Shown here: positions 31,326-42,314 of the stretch, one piece after another
Position numbering within the stretch: position 1 is the stretch's first letter
How the letters are laid out: each line of letters opens with the position of its first letter
NCBI GenBank assembly: GCA_007133925.1
Contig: SLLU01000038.1
Location: 1 to 42,314 of the forward strand
Reading direction: 5' to 3'
Source of the DNA: Candidatus Halarchaeoplasma halalkaliphilum
Lineage (GTDB): Archaea; Thermoplasmatota; Thermoplasmata; Halarchaeoplasmatales; Halarchaeoplasmataceae
Length of the DNA stretch: 42,314 nt
The notes under the pieces: generated by a model
Databases searched by the model: none
Seen by the model: only the letters and a program-made list of their open reading frames with translations
Told to the model about the DNA's origin: nothing
Made by a program: the position numbers and the translations under genes

Positions 31326-32612
31326 TCATATCCAGCCCCTCAATCTGCAGGCCTCAGCCACACTGTTGATGGATATCATGTAGGCTGCATCCTTGAGGGT
31401 TATATTCTTTCTCTTGGAGAGTTCCATGACCTTGTAGAAGGCGGAAGTCATCTTGTCATCCAGCTTACCAAGTACCTCTTCCTTTGGCCAGTAGTAATTC
31501 TGATTGTTCTGCACCTGTTCGAAGTAGCTGCAGGTGACACCGCCGGCATTGGCAAGGAAATCCGGTATGACCATGATTCCTTTCTCTTCCAGTACCGTAT
31601 CCGCCTCGGGAGTGATGGGTCCGTTGGCCCCGGCTCCGATGAGTTTTACACTGGGCCGTATATGATTTACTGTATCTTTGTTTATGGCATTCTCCAAAGC
31701 AGCGGGGATCAATATGTCCACATCCTTTTTCAACCAATCCTCTCCCGGAAGCCTCTCGTAACCCAGTACTTCAGCTTTTTCCTTATCCACCGTACCGTAC
31801 CTGTTGGTTATACCCCTTAATTCCTCAAGGTCGATACCACTTTCTTTGTAGTATGTGTATGCCGTTGAATCTTCCTGATCCCAACATGAAACCAACAGCA
31901 CTTTGCCTCCGTATTCCGTGAATAGTTCGATGGCATACTGTGCAACGTTTCCGAAACCCTGAACCGCAGCTGTGGTTTCGGATATATCCATTTTCAACTC
32001 CTTGAGTGCTTCTCTTATGGTGAACACAACACCGTATCCCGTTGCCTCGGTACGACCCAGGGAACCACCATGGCCCACGGGCTTCCCTGTGATAACACCG
32101 GGATACTTTCCTCCCGCGATATGCTCGTATTCGTCCATCATCCAAAGCATGTGTTGTGCACTGGTCATCACGTCGGGTGCGGGGACATCATTCACGGGCC
32201 CGATATTCTTTGCCAATTGTCTAACCCAGCCCCTGCAGAGCCTTTCCTGTTCCCTATCGGACAGGTCATGGGGATCGCATATAACTCCACCTTTTCCTCC
32301 ACCCAGGGGGATATCGGCAACGGCACATTTCCACGTCATCCACATGGCTAAAGCCCTTACCGTATCCGCAGTTTCCTGAGGATGGAACCTTATGCCCCCT
32401 TTGCAGGGTCCCCTTGCATCGTTGTGCTGTACTCGGAAACCCCTGAAAACCTTGACAGTACCGTCGTCCATTTTTACAGGTATGCTGAAGTGATACTCCC
32501 TTAAGGGCACTCTTAAAAATTCCCTGGTAGATTCGTCAAGTCCTAGCTTATCGGCAACAGTGTCAAATTGTTCCTGTGCCATCTTGTATGCGTTGAAGCC
32601 TTTTTCTGCCAT
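31326..32612 (-). CDS. Glu/Leu/Phe/Val dehydrogenase (second glutamate dehydrogenase, probably NAD(P)-dependent catabolic type)
   Basis: GPCKGGIRFHP, MTWKCA, GGGKGG, DVPAPD, GRTEATGYG, QGFGNVA, GANGP, PDFLANAGGV. ATG 32612 has GAGGT upstream. Confidence 0.94.
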   Translation of the reverse strand: MAEKGFNAYKMAQEQFDTVADKLGLDESTREFLRVPLREYHFSIPVKMDDGTVKVFRGFRVQHNDARGPCKGGIRFHPQETADTVRALAMWMTWKCAVADIPLGGGKGGVICDPHDLSDREQERLCRGWVRQLAKNIGPVNDVPAPDVMTSAQHMLWMMDEYEHIAGGKYPGVITGKPVGHGGSLGRTEATGYGVVFTIREALKELKMDISETTAAVQGFGNVAQYAIELFTEYGGKVLLVSCWDQEDSTAYTYYKESGIDLEELRGITNRYGTVDKEKAEVLGYERLPGEDWLKKDVDILIPAALENAINKDTVNHIRPSVKLIGAGANGPITPEADTVLEEKGIMVIPDFLANAGGVTCSYFEQVQNNQNYYWPKEEVLGKLDDKMTSAFYKVMELSKRKNITLKDAAYMISINSVAEACRLRGWI

Positions 32613-32751
32613 ATTCAGATACCTCTTTAATTTGGTGTATGGGAGAAAATAACAACTGATATAAATAATCCGTTTACAAAAATCCAGTGTTTTAATGTAC
32701 AAAATGGGTTATTTCCTTATTGGAAGATACTCATGCTGTCCACCAATGAAT

Positions 32752-33792
32752 TCAGTCACCACTGCACGCCCTCAACCGCCCTTCTATCATACCTATGGAT
32801 ACCTTCTGGGGCATTATGTTGTGAATCATCTTGGATGACAGTATTGTATTGGATAAGGCACCTATGCTGTTGGGGAACGTGTCGTACAGATTCTCACCCC
32901 ACTGAAAGAAATCCTCTATGGTCTTGAATGCGGTGAATACGAGGAAATTGTATCTGCCCGTGCTGGCCACCAGGGCCCGGGAAACCTTGTTATCCTTTAT
33001 CATCAGGTCCATGAACTCCTTTCGCTTGGATTTCACCTCGATCTTGGAAACCACCATGTTGTATCCGGGAGGTATGAACAAGTTGGGAAAGGTACATCGT
33101 GGATAACCGATGATCCCAGCATCCAACATGGTCTCGATGTGCCGCCCCACTGTCTTCCTGTTGGAAACTAGTTTCCGTGCCAGTAGGGATTCGTTTGTCC
33201 GTATGCACTCTCCCTCCATGAGTATCTTTAGTAGTTCGAACTCAACTTCATCCAGTGTTACATCGTTCAAGACAATCTTACCCTTGGATCGGAATTCCTC
33301 CGCCAATACCTTCACAAAACAGTTTGGATCGTACTTGAATGTGAGTCTATTGCTGAATATATACGCATTAGCCGGTGCCCTCCATTCCCTGGCAGGTATC
33401 CTCTTCTCTCGAACGATCTTCTCCCTCCACGAGTGATATGTTTCCAGATCCTTGAAGAATTCTATGAGAAGTGTGTTGTAGGGGCCTTCCATACATGAAA
33501 AAGCTGCGAATATGTGGGAATCCTCCCTGTAAAAGGAAGTCATCTCTTCCCCCCTGGGCATGTCCGCCTCGACTATTACGAGTAGGGGAAACTCTTGGAA
33601 TAGAGCGTCGAAGGGATATATGGGAGGCCTCACCAGATCGTTCTCGTAGAGATAATCCACCTTCTTTTTGGCTGTGGCCCTGTGTATATCGAGTCGCCTT
33701 GCCAGATGACTGATGTTAACGTTAACCCCCTCTCCGGAAACCAGATATCGTAGTAGCCTGAGGTTCAATTCGTCCTTTAACGGGTCGTTCAT
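32752..33792 (-). CDS. Tandem (double-length) Lrp/AsnC-family transcriptional regulator
   Basis: Two HTH segments (NISHLARRLDIHRATAKKKV; NESLLARKLVSNRKTVGRHI), each followed by a RAM-like domain (EGPYNTLL; TGRYNFLV). Confidence 0.8.
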   Translation of the reverse strand: MNDPLKDELNLRLLRYLVSGEGVNVNISHLARRLDIHRATAKKKVDYLYENDLVRPPIYPFDALFQEFPLLVIVEADMPRGEEMTSFYREDSHIFAAFSCMEGPYNTLLIEFFKDLETYHSWREKIVREKRIPAREWRAPANAYIFSNRLTFKYDPNCFVKVLAEEFRSKGKIVLNDVTLDEVEFELLKILMEGECIRTNESLLARKLVSNRKTVGRHIETMLDAGIIGYPRCTFPNLFIPPGYNMVVSKIEVKSKRKEFMDLMIKDNKVSRALVASTGRYNFLVFTAFKTIEDFFQWGENLYDTFPNSIGALSNTILSSKMIHNIMPQKVSIGMIEGRLRACSGD

Positions 33793-33845
33793 TCTGCTCT
33801 CTAATGCATTGGGATTATATCATGCTTTTGGAAAAAAGAGTTCGG

Positions 33846-33882
33846 GACGAACCAACGGGAAATTGGTGTTTGTTTACCTGCC
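33846..33882 (-). other. 3' arm of the 16S rRNA processing stem (bulge-helix-bulge)
   Basis: Minus-strand GGCAGGTAAACAAA-CACC-AAT-TTCCCGTTGGTTCGTC is complementary to 35444-35480. Confidence 0.88.
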
Positions 33883-33900
33883 GTCAAGTTTTCTTCGCGT

Positions 33901-35370
<1,470 letters not shown>

Positions 35371-35443
35371 TGGAGTTACTTAATTTCTTGGCGGAAATGA
35401 CCACCTCTTTTAATTTTGAATCCATCGGTTGAAACCTTGAATC

Positions 35444-35480
35444 GGCAGGTAAACAAATTGCACCTTTCCGTTGGTTCGTC
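35444..35480 (-). other. 5' arm of the 16S rRNA processing stem (bulge-helix-bulge)
   Basis: Minus-strand GACGAACCAACGGAAA-GGTG-CAA-TTTGTTTACCTGCC pairs with 33846-33882. Confidence 0.88.
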
Positions 35481-35558
35481 TGTCGGACCCAAGAGATCAC
35501 GGAAAATACCGGGGTTCTTGGATCCCCATGTTGTATTCCACCCACACAATGCGACCCC

Positions 35559-35572
35559 TATTTAACCCTTTG
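35559..35572 (-). promoter_or_regulatory. Putative 16S rRNA promoter (BRE-TATA)
   Basis: Minus-strand CAAAGGGTTAAATA upstream of the processing stem; a second TTAAATA lies near 35635-35641. Confidence 0.55.
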
Positions 35573-35671
35573 GGATACCAACACACCACAAAAAGCGTGG
35601 CAAAGTGTGGGAAATGATACATGGTAGGAACATGTATTTAAGGATTGCTGAGAAGTATTATGCCCGGGGGG

Positions 35672-37180
35672 TCATCCTTTTTCCATCTCGTGCAACCACA
35701 GCGTTCTTTGGGGGAATGGGATCTCTATGTTTTCCTCTCTGAAACGTTGGTCTATCCTTTCACGGAGATCACTCATTATACTCCACTGTTTGCTTATATC
35801 ATCGATCCAAACTCGAAGGCCGAAGTCAAGGCTTGAATCACCGAAGTTCCTGAACCTCACCGCTATGGGATGCTCCTCGTCATCTATCACATTGGGATGT
35901 TCCTCAGCTACCTCCCGGAGTATCCTCTTGACCTTCTGAACATCGGAGCCGTAGGCCACCCCAACTTCCACCCTGACTTTGATGGAGATGTCCGGTTTGG
36001 TCACGTTGATTATCATCTGATTGGCCAGGGAATTGTTTGGAAGTACGATCCCCTCGTGCTCCCTTATGTTGTAGAGCTTGGTGCTCCTCATGCCGATCTC
36101 CTCGACCTTGCAGTAATCCCCGTTCTCCAAGAGAATTATATCGCCTATGACGAAGGGACGGTCCAGCAGTATATGCATGCCGCTGAAGAAGTTGCCCAAC
36201 GTATCCTGGGCAGCGAAGGCCACCACAAGACCGATCACACCAGCACCGGCGAGGAGTGCGGTCGCCTCTATCCCCAGTACCCGCAGGACCATCAAGAGTG
36301 CAGCCACGGTTATTATCACTGCAAGGCTCTTTTCCAGCATGGGCTTGAGAACCTTGGCGAAGGATGTGTTCATGCCGCCCCTCTCGATGGCGATCTGATG
36401 GAGTACGGTATCAAATATGCGATATATTATGATACCACCCATAACCAAGACCAAGACCATGTAGATCTGGTACATGGTTGTCCTGATACCCATGGTCAGA
36501 TTCAATTTCATGAAGGAATCTATGAAGCCGTAGAGTATGATAAGACCGAGTATGGGTCTGCGTAGCATCCGTATCACTATCTCATCCACGTCAGTCTTTG
36601 TCTTTTTCGTCAAGCCGTGTATGATCGGACTCACCAAAAAGTAGAATACCCAACCCAGGGCGACCCAAAAGGCCATGTTGAGTATGAAAGCTCCGTAAGG
36701 ATTGTCCAGGGGTTCCGGAAGGGGGTTGGGGTATCCACCAATGAGTGTGTTGCTCTCGGGTGCGGGTGCCACTCCACGGATCCTCACGGATATGTCTCTC
36801 GATATCATATCGTACTCGGTACTGTTTATGGGTCTATAGTAAAAGAGCACCCGGCCTTCGTACGAATTCTTTGAAGGATGTCGGGGAACCTCCATGGATA
36901 CCGTGACTATCTGGTAGGGTCCTGAATCATCCAGGACGAAATGATCCGGTGAGATGTCCGTTACCCACTCCTCCAGATCTCCATCGACCTCGACCCTGAC
37001 CACGGATGTAAAGGTACTGTTCCTATATACGGTCCACTTGAACAACACCTCGGTTTCGACCTCGGCCTCTTTATGCAAGTCCCCCTCTCCGATGAACGGT
37101 TCTGCAGACCCCACTGTGGGAACCAGTAGGACTACCACAAGTACCATAATAAACACCAGGGCTGGGAGCTTTTTGTTCAT
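35672..37180 (-). CDS. mscS: Small-conductance mechanosensitive channel (MscS family) with N-terminal extracellular domain
   Basis: LLAGAGVIGLVVAFAAQDTLGNFFSG, DRPFVIGD, IGMRST, LPN, VGVAYGSD, FGDSSL, IEIPFPQR. Confidence 0.93.
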   Translation of the reverse strand: MNKKLPALVFIMVLVVVLLVPTVGSAEPFIGEGDLHKEAEVETEVLFKWTVYRNSTFTSVVRVEVDGDLEEWVTDISPDHFVLDDSGPYQIVTVSMEVPRHPSKNSYEGRVLFYYRPINSTEYDMISRDISVRIRGVAPAPESNTLIGGYPNPLPEPLDNPYGAFILNMAFWVALGWVFYFLVSPIIHGLTKKTKTDVDEIVIRMLRRPILGLIILYGFIDSFMKLNLTMGIRTTMYQIYMVLVLVMGGIIIYRIFDTVLHQIAIERGGMNTSFAKVLKPMLEKSLAVIITVAALLMVLRVLGIEATALLAGAGVIGLVVAFAAQDTLGNFFSGMHILLDRPFVIGDIILLENGDYCKVEEIGMRSTKLYNIREHEGIVLPNNSLANQMIINVTKPDISIKVRVEVGVAYGSDVQKVKRILREVAEEHPNVIDDEEHPIAVRFRNFGDSSLDFGLRVWIDDISKQWSIMSDLRERIDQRFREENIEIPFPQRTLWLHEMEKG

Positions 37181-37223
37181 CTAAGTCATACCCATGTATT
37201 CCACGTAATTAAGTTTACCCTTC

Positions 37224-38519
37224 TCATCGTCCTATGGTCCTGTACCTCACCTTGTCGAACCCTTCCGGGTTCAGAACACGTCTTCCGTCCAGTACCACGG
37301 GGGTACTCATGACCATGAAATCCTTTTCCCCAAGAGATCTGAACTCCTCCCAGTCGGTCTGTATCAGGCATCCATGGGAACCCGTCAACGCCTCTTCAAC
37401 GGACCCTGCAAGCTCCACGTTGCTAACCTCCCCGGAGAAGTTCTTACCGGCCATGGGGTCGTATCCCACCACCCTTGCACCCCTCCTCAGCAGTTCCTGT
37501 GCCATGGGGATCGCCCGGCTCTCCCGTACATCGTCGGTATCGGCTTTGAAAGCCAAACCCAGTATGGCTATACGCTTTCCGGACAGCCGTCCCAGCATAT
37601 CCTCCAGCATGTTCACCGCATGTATGGGCTGATGCTCGTTTACCTTGATTACCGCTTCCAGGATACGGGGATTGACACCCTGCCATCGACAGAAGTGTAT
37701 GAGGGCCATGACATCCTTTGGGAAGCAGCTCCCGCCGAATCCAACTCCTGCATTGAGGAACTTTCTCTCTATACGACTGTCCAGTCCAACGCCGTCCATA
37801 ACACCGTAAACATCCGCACCTATTTTTTCGCATATCCGTGACATCTCGTTGGCAAAGGATATCTTGGTTGCCAAAAGGGCATTTGAAACGTATTTGATCA
37901 TCTCCGCGGTCTTTATGTCCGTTACCACTATCGGGGATTCGAAGTCCTGATATATCTCCCGTAGTACAGATTTGCTCCTATCATCTGCACCGCCTATGAC
38001 GATCCTATCCGGGTTCATGAAATCGTCCAGGGCCACCCCTTCCCTTAGGAATTCCGGGTTCATACCCAGACCCATATCCTTACCCATCTCCAGTCCGGCC
38101 TCCTCCATTATGGGCAACACAAGACCTTCGGTGGTCCCGGGAACAACGGTGCTCTTCACACATACCACATGATACTCACCCGTCTCCATAAGAGCTTCAG
38201 CGATATCTTGGGAAGCCCGCTCCACATAGGAAGTATCTATGCTCCCGTCCTCGGAGGAAGGTGTTCCCACGCAGATGAAAGTAACTTGGGAGTTCTTCAC
38301 CGCATTTGCCGTATCCATGGTGGCCTCCAGTTTCTCCTCTTTCACCAATCTCTCGAGCATTCCCTCCAGATCCTTCTCGAATATGGGTGGTACTCCCCGG
38401 TTGATAGAATCCACCTTGGAACCGTCCGTATCCACACAGATCACCCTATGGCCCTTTTCCGCCAGACCCACACCGGTCACCAGACCTACGTATCCCGTAC
38501 CGATTATGCTGATGTTCAT
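37224..38519 (-). CDS. UDP-glucose/GDP-mannose dehydrogenase family protein
   Basis: IGTGYVG, ICVGTP, KSTVVPGT, NPEFLREG, AEMIKY, GFGGSCFPKD, GLAFK...DDVRES. GGAGG-type Shine-Dalgarno is not evident. Confidence 0.95.
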   Translation of the reverse strand: MNISIIGTGYVGLVTGVGLAEKGHRVICVDTDGSKVDSINRGVPPIFEKDLEGMLERLVKEEKLEATMDTANAVKNSQVTFICVGTPSSEDGSIDTSYVERASQDIAEALMETGEYHVVCVKSTVVPGTTEGLVLPIMEEAGLEMGKDMGLGMNPEFLREGVALDDFMNPDRIVIGGADDRSKSVLREIYQDFESPIVVTDIKTAEMIKYVSNALLATKISFANEMSRICEKIGADVYGVMDGVGLDSRIERKFLNAGVGFGGSCFPKDVMALIHFCRWQGVNPRILEAVIKVNEHQPIHAVNMLEDMLGRLSGKRIAILGLAFKADTDDVRESRAIPMAQELLRRGARVVGYDPMAGKNFSGEVSNVELAGSVEEALTGSHGCLIQTDWEEFRSLGEKDFMVMSTPVVLDGRRVLNPEGFDKVRYRTIGR

Positions 38520-38767
38520 GGAGGTGAAATAGGGCCCTGTTTCATAATCTTTACTGTCAGGAAGGCGGGTATGTGATATATTGAAAACCTAAAGTTACCG
38601 ATACGGATGGGATCCAAGAGATACAGCACCAGTATGATCAGTACTATGATAAGGAATATCATCAATATCAACCGTATCATCTCCACGGCTGTATCACCCA
38701 ATTTATTGGCTCCAACCAGGTAGGCCACACCACCAAACAACAGCAGAAAGATTATGGTCCAACACAT
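38516..38767 (-). CDS. Small membrane protein (two hydrophobic helices; DUF1328/UPF0391-like pattern)
   Basis: MCWTIIFLLLFGGVAYLVG...TAVEMIRLILMIFLIIVLIILVLYLL. Family assignment is tentative. Confidence 0.55.
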   Translation of the reverse strand: MCWTIIFLLLFGGVAYLVGANKLGDTAVEMIRLILMIFLIIVLIILVLYLLDPIRIGNFRFSIYHIPAFLTVKIMKQGPISPP

Positions 38768-38827
38768 GTAATCCACTAATTGCATCCCTTAGGAAGAGGC
38801 GCGGAGGGTAAATAATCTTTCTGTGGT

Positions 38828-41731
38828 CTAGGCTGCGATCTCACCGGATCTCATGCCACCCCATAGGGAAGATGGATATCTGCCGTTCTCCCGGTGCATG
38901 GTCTCGAGCATCTCCGTTATACCAGGCAGTTGAGAGAGGTTCCCGTTCCACCCCTCTATCTCATCCCCGTACCTTTCTTCTATGTCCGCCACCAATCGTG
39001 CCATGCTCTCGTCGAGTTTGGAGGGAACCCATCCGGAAACAAAGACCGCAAGGACCACGTTCTCTCCCTTTTGAATGAATACCTTTTTGTCACCGTATTC
39101 CATACTCTTCAGCGTGTTCTTTTCGTCGCCCCCGAAGGCATCGTGGACGTAATTGTTCACCGCCACGAACATGCCGGCCAGTATATCTTCCTTGGAATAG
39201 TTGTTCAACGTACTGGAAGTGTGCTTGATCAATACGCCCGAGTCGTGTATCAGAAAAATGTCTTCCACGGTGAATTTGAATTTTGCAGCGTAGAGTATGG
39301 CACCTAATATACCCAGGGGAATCAATATCAATATCCACGGGAACCCGGTTAAACCAACCGTGGGAGCCAGATCGGACTCCACATGGACCGCTATGATGAC
39401 GAAGGTGGAGGTGAGTTCGTCTTCCAAATTCACCCTGACGTGGTGGGTTCCCGGTTCGCTGTGGCTGAAGAACAGCACATTGTCCCTGATATCCACATTT
39501 GGATCAGTCACGGATATCTTCAAAGACCGTTCTCCCAAACCAGATATGTATAGTCCCAGATCCAGGGACCCCTCACCCCGGCGTATGTTTATATCCTGTG
39601 GTATCCCGGATATCCTTTCGGAGAGGGGGCTGATGACGGAAAACAGTACTCTGCTGGAGTACTTGCCGAAAGTGGCAATGAGCGTGACCTCTCCCTCCAC
39701 ACTTCCCACATGGATGCCGTTGAATCGTTGATACTGTCCGTGTATGAGTTCCGAATCCCCTCCGTGAACTTCCCAGTAGGCATTCAGTACGCCTATGAAG
39801 CCGTGGGTGGAATTGAAGGCGGACAGGTATCCCATCTCCTCCCGACCCGTATGGACGAATCCGCCAGTTAGAGAGCTGCTCCCACCCATCTCCTTTGTGA
39901 TCCTCACGGAGTCGATACCAGGAGTGGTAAAGGTCCAGGGTCCGAAGGTCAGGGGGAATTCCTCGTGGGTGGAAACCGCATACCAACCATACTCTTTACC
40001 AGGGTTCAGATCGTTCCAGTCCATGAAGGCAACCTCTCCACGGGCCACATCTCTTACGGAGCCTATGAGAGAATCATCACGGGCATCGTAAAACCTCACC
40101 TCTGCGGTTTCGACCTCCGTGCAGTAGAAATATACCGAAAGGGTGGTGTCCAAACGGGCTGTGTGTCCCCTTGCAGGATGGATCCCCTTGGACCGAGAAA
40201 TCATCTCACCGAGGACCTCATTTAGATCGAAGGTGACCTCCTGTTTTGCCCCGTGTGCCCTGACGAAATTATGGAAGAACCTCGCGTACCCGATGCCTGT
40301 GGTGAATGTGAGGTTTACAGGATTTGCCCCGGGATACTTACCGTTGTACCGTAGGGTCAATGTGTAGTTTATATCCCCGTGAAAGTCGAAAGACGAGTCA
40401 ACCCTGTTGGGTGGTCCCGGTATCCTCTCGACTAGTACCTCGCTCACCGCCACTCCGTTCTCCTGTATAACCCCCTCGACCGTATTACCCTTTCTCCCAG
40501 CAACTGAGATGGAAAACGTGACCTCATTGCCGGGTTCCCATTCCCTGCCCGTGAAGGCACACATGTGACCGTTCCAATCTCCCACCATGACCCTGCCCCG
40601 TTCATCTATGGCTGGAGAGGAGTAAACCGTGTGACCCATATCATGGGACCATTGCAGGTCACCGTTGACGTCAAGGGCGTAGAAATAATTGTCGTAGGAA
40701 CCGAAGTATACACGACCGTCATTGCTCAATGCCGCGGACGAGCTGATCCGCCCTTCGGTGGAGAATGCCCATAGTACCTCGCCATCCCTTATTGCACGGA
40801 AGGTCCCGTCATGGGAACCTATATAGATGGTACCGTCCTTCCCTATAGCAGGAGACGGGTGTATACGGGACCCCACATGGCAGCTCCATTCCACATCACC
40901 ATCGGGGCGGAGAGCATAAAGATAGCCGTCGTAGGAACCGAAGTAAATGAATCCGTTCTCACATACCGCTGGAGAAGAGTATATCTGACCCCCGGTTTCG
41001 AACCTCCACAGTTCCTCACCGGTATCAACGTCCATGGCGTACAGATTGTGATCTCCGGAACCCACGTAAACCGCACCGTCCGATCCTAACGCAGGGGAGG
41101 ACCAGAGCCAGGAATCCGAAGTGAATACCCACCTCAGTTCCCCTTCACTATCCACTGAATAAAGGTTGCCATCGTAAGACCCCACATAGACGTTCCCTTC
41201 CTCGTCCACAGTGGGTGAAGAGTACACCTCTCCCTCGGTGGTGTACCTCCACTTCAAGCTTCCGTCCGGATTGAGTGCGTAGATATTGTGATCCCCCGAG
41301 CCAAAATAGATGGTCTCTTCACACGAAACCGCAGGGGAGGAAAGGATGTCACCATCCGTGGCGTAGGACCACAGTAGGGTGCCTTCAACAACATCCAATG
41401 CATAGAGATTGTTATCGGGACTTCCAAAGTAGAGCACCCCTTTGGAACCAATGGCAGGTGACGACCAGAGCCAGGAGTCTGTCTCGTAAATCCAGTCGAG
41501 AGTACCGTCAACATGGTCTGAATCATAGGGACTTAAACGTGTGTTCCTCATATCATATCCGAAAGACGGCCATGGTCCGGAAGAAAGGCTATCTATCTCT
41601 TCAACACAAACCGTGATAGGAGTTGGAACCGAAGCTAAAACAGAGCCGAATAGTGGTGCGAGTAGGATGGTTCCCACAGTGAGGAACACCAGATATACTC
41701 CCCTTCTTTGATGCATCGCACTAATAATCAT
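38828..41731 (-). CDS. Cell-surface PQQ-like beta-propeller protein with Ig-like stalk, one transmembrane helix and a cytoplasmic longin-like domain
   Basis: Signal peptide; 8 repeats of SSP(A)....(I/V)Y(F/V)GS.D..(L)YA; beta-rich stalk; transmembrane FPWILILIPLGILGAILY; then a C-terminal domain of about 130 aa shared with the next gene. Confidence 0.85.
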   Translation of the reverse strand: MIISAMHQRRGVYLVFLTVGTILLAPLFGSVLASVPTPITVCVEEIDSLSSGPWPSFGYDMRNTRLSPYDSDHVDGTLDWIYETDSWLWSSPAIGSKGVLYFGSPDNNLYALDVVEGTLLWSYATDGDILSSPAVSCEETIYFGSGDHNIYALNPDGSLKWRYTTEGEVYSSPTVDEEGNVYVGSYDGNLYSVDSEGELRWVFTSDSWLWSSPALGSDGAVYVGSGDHNLYAMDVDTGEELWRFETGGQIYSSPAVCENGFIYFGSYDGYLYALRPDGDVEWSCHVGSRIHPSPAIGKDGTIYIGSHDGTFRAIRDGEVLWAFSTEGRISSSAALSNDGRVYFGSYDNYFYALDVNGDLQWSHDMGHTVYSSPAIDERGRVMVGDWNGHMCAFTGREWEPGNEVTFSISVAGRKGNTVEGVIQENGVAVSEVLVERIPGPPNRVDSSFDFHGDINYTLTLRYNGKYPGANPVNLTFTTGIGYARFFHNFVRAHGAKQEVTFDLNEVLGEMISRSKGIHPARGHTARLDTTLSVYFYCTEVETAEVRFYDARDDSLIGSVRDVARGEVAFMDWNDLNPGKEYGWYAVSTHEEFPLTFGPWTFTTPGIDSVRITKEMGGSSSLTGGFVHTGREEMGYLSAFNSTHGFIGVLNAYWEVHGGDSELIHGQYQRFNGIHVGSVEGEVTLIATFGKYSSRVLFSVISPLSERISGIPQDINIRRGEGSLDLGLYISGLGERSLKISVTDPNVDIRDNVLFFSHSEPGTHHVRVNLEDELTSTFVIIAVHVESDLAPTVGLTGFPWILILIPLGILGAILYAAKFKFTVEDIFLIHDSGVLIKHTSSTLNNYSKEDILAGMFVAVNNYVHDAFGGDEKNTLKSMEYGDKKVFIQKGENVVLAVFVSGWVPSKLDESMARLVADIEERYGDEIEGWNGNLSQLPGITEMLETMHRENGRYPSSLWGGMRSGEIAA

Positions 41732-41780
41732 CGGTTCCGCTGTACTAAGGGTTTTCGGTCATTTAGCAAAAAAGGAGGTA

Positions 41781-42314
41781 TTATTTTAGATCATCCATCA
41801 AACCTTTTTTCTTTCTCCAATCGCCCCGTTCGTAAACACCCCGGGTGTGGAACATGGAATTCAACATAGCATCCATATCCGGGAGGTTCCTCAGGTCCCC
41901 GCTCCATTCCTCTATGGCCCCCTTGTACTTCTCTTCTATATCCACCACAAGATTCGACATGCTATCATAGAGTTTCGGAGGGACCGCCCCGGAAAGGAAG
42001 ACCGCCAGTATAACATGGTGGCCTTTGTGTACCACCACGATGTGTTCCCCGTACTCCATGCGCTTAAGGGTTTCCTTCTCCTCTCCTCCGAAGGCGTCTT
42101 CCACGAAGTTGCTCACCGCCAGGAACATACCGGCCAGTATGTCCTCGTCTCTTTCGGCCTTCAGCGTACGGGTGTTGTGCTTTATCAATACCCCGGAGTC
42201 ATGTATCAAAAATATATCTTCCACGGTGAACTCGTGCCTTTTCATGTAATAGTACAGCCAGAGTAGGGCCATCATGATGGGGGTTAGAAGGAGTATGAGA
42301 AGGAAGGGAGAACG
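41781..42314 (-). CDS. Partial (5' end outside window) membrane protein with the same cytoplasmic longin-like domain
   Basis: The frame stays open to the window edge (RSPFLLILLLTPI-MMALLWLYYY transmembrane helix), followed by FTVEDIFLIHDSGVLIKH...EDILAGMF...MEYG...WSG. Confidence 0.85.
   Translation of the reverse strand, partial: RSPFLLILLLTPIMMALLWLYYYMKRHEFTVEDIFLIHDSGVLIKHNTRTLKAERDEDILAGMFLAVSNFVEDAFGGEEKETLKRMEYGEHIVVVHKGHHVILAVFLSGAVPPKLYDSMSNLVVDIEEKYKGAIEEWSGDLRNLPDMDAMLNSMFHTRGVYERGDWRKKKGLMDDLK

Overview
Archaeal chromosomal window, most consistent with an uncultured Thermoplasmata (Thermoplasmatota) lineage, judged from the stand-alone 16S rRNA gene, its terminal sequences and the gene content. 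The left half (1-22.6 kb) is mostly housekeeping: tRNA-Arg(GCG) with a duplicated 3' end (att-like scar), YchF, PolB, RadB, LonB, an Lhr helicase, a HemK2-type methyltransferase, RFC large subunit and Taw1, plus a beta-propeller/FN3 surface protein and a CofE-like ligase. The 22.6-33.8 kb block is a glutamate dehydrogenase locus. Two different GDHs flank a metallophosphoesterase and two ~1000-aa proteins built on a PEP-synthase/PPDK-type ATP-grasp domain plus a putative phospho-His domain but no pyruvate-binding barrel. One carries receiver domains; the other carries a GAF-like sensor and a C-terminal nucleotidyltransferase. A tandem Lrp/AsnC regulator lies upstream. This looks like an uncharacterised dikinase-based signalling or modification system tied to glutamate metabolism (inference). 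The right end holds the unlinked 16S rRNA with a canonical bulge-helix-bulge processing stem, MscS, a UDP-sugar dehydrogenase and two tandem single-pass membrane proteins sharing a conserved cytoplasmic domain with longin-like topology. All calls come from motif recognition by eye; no database search was run.
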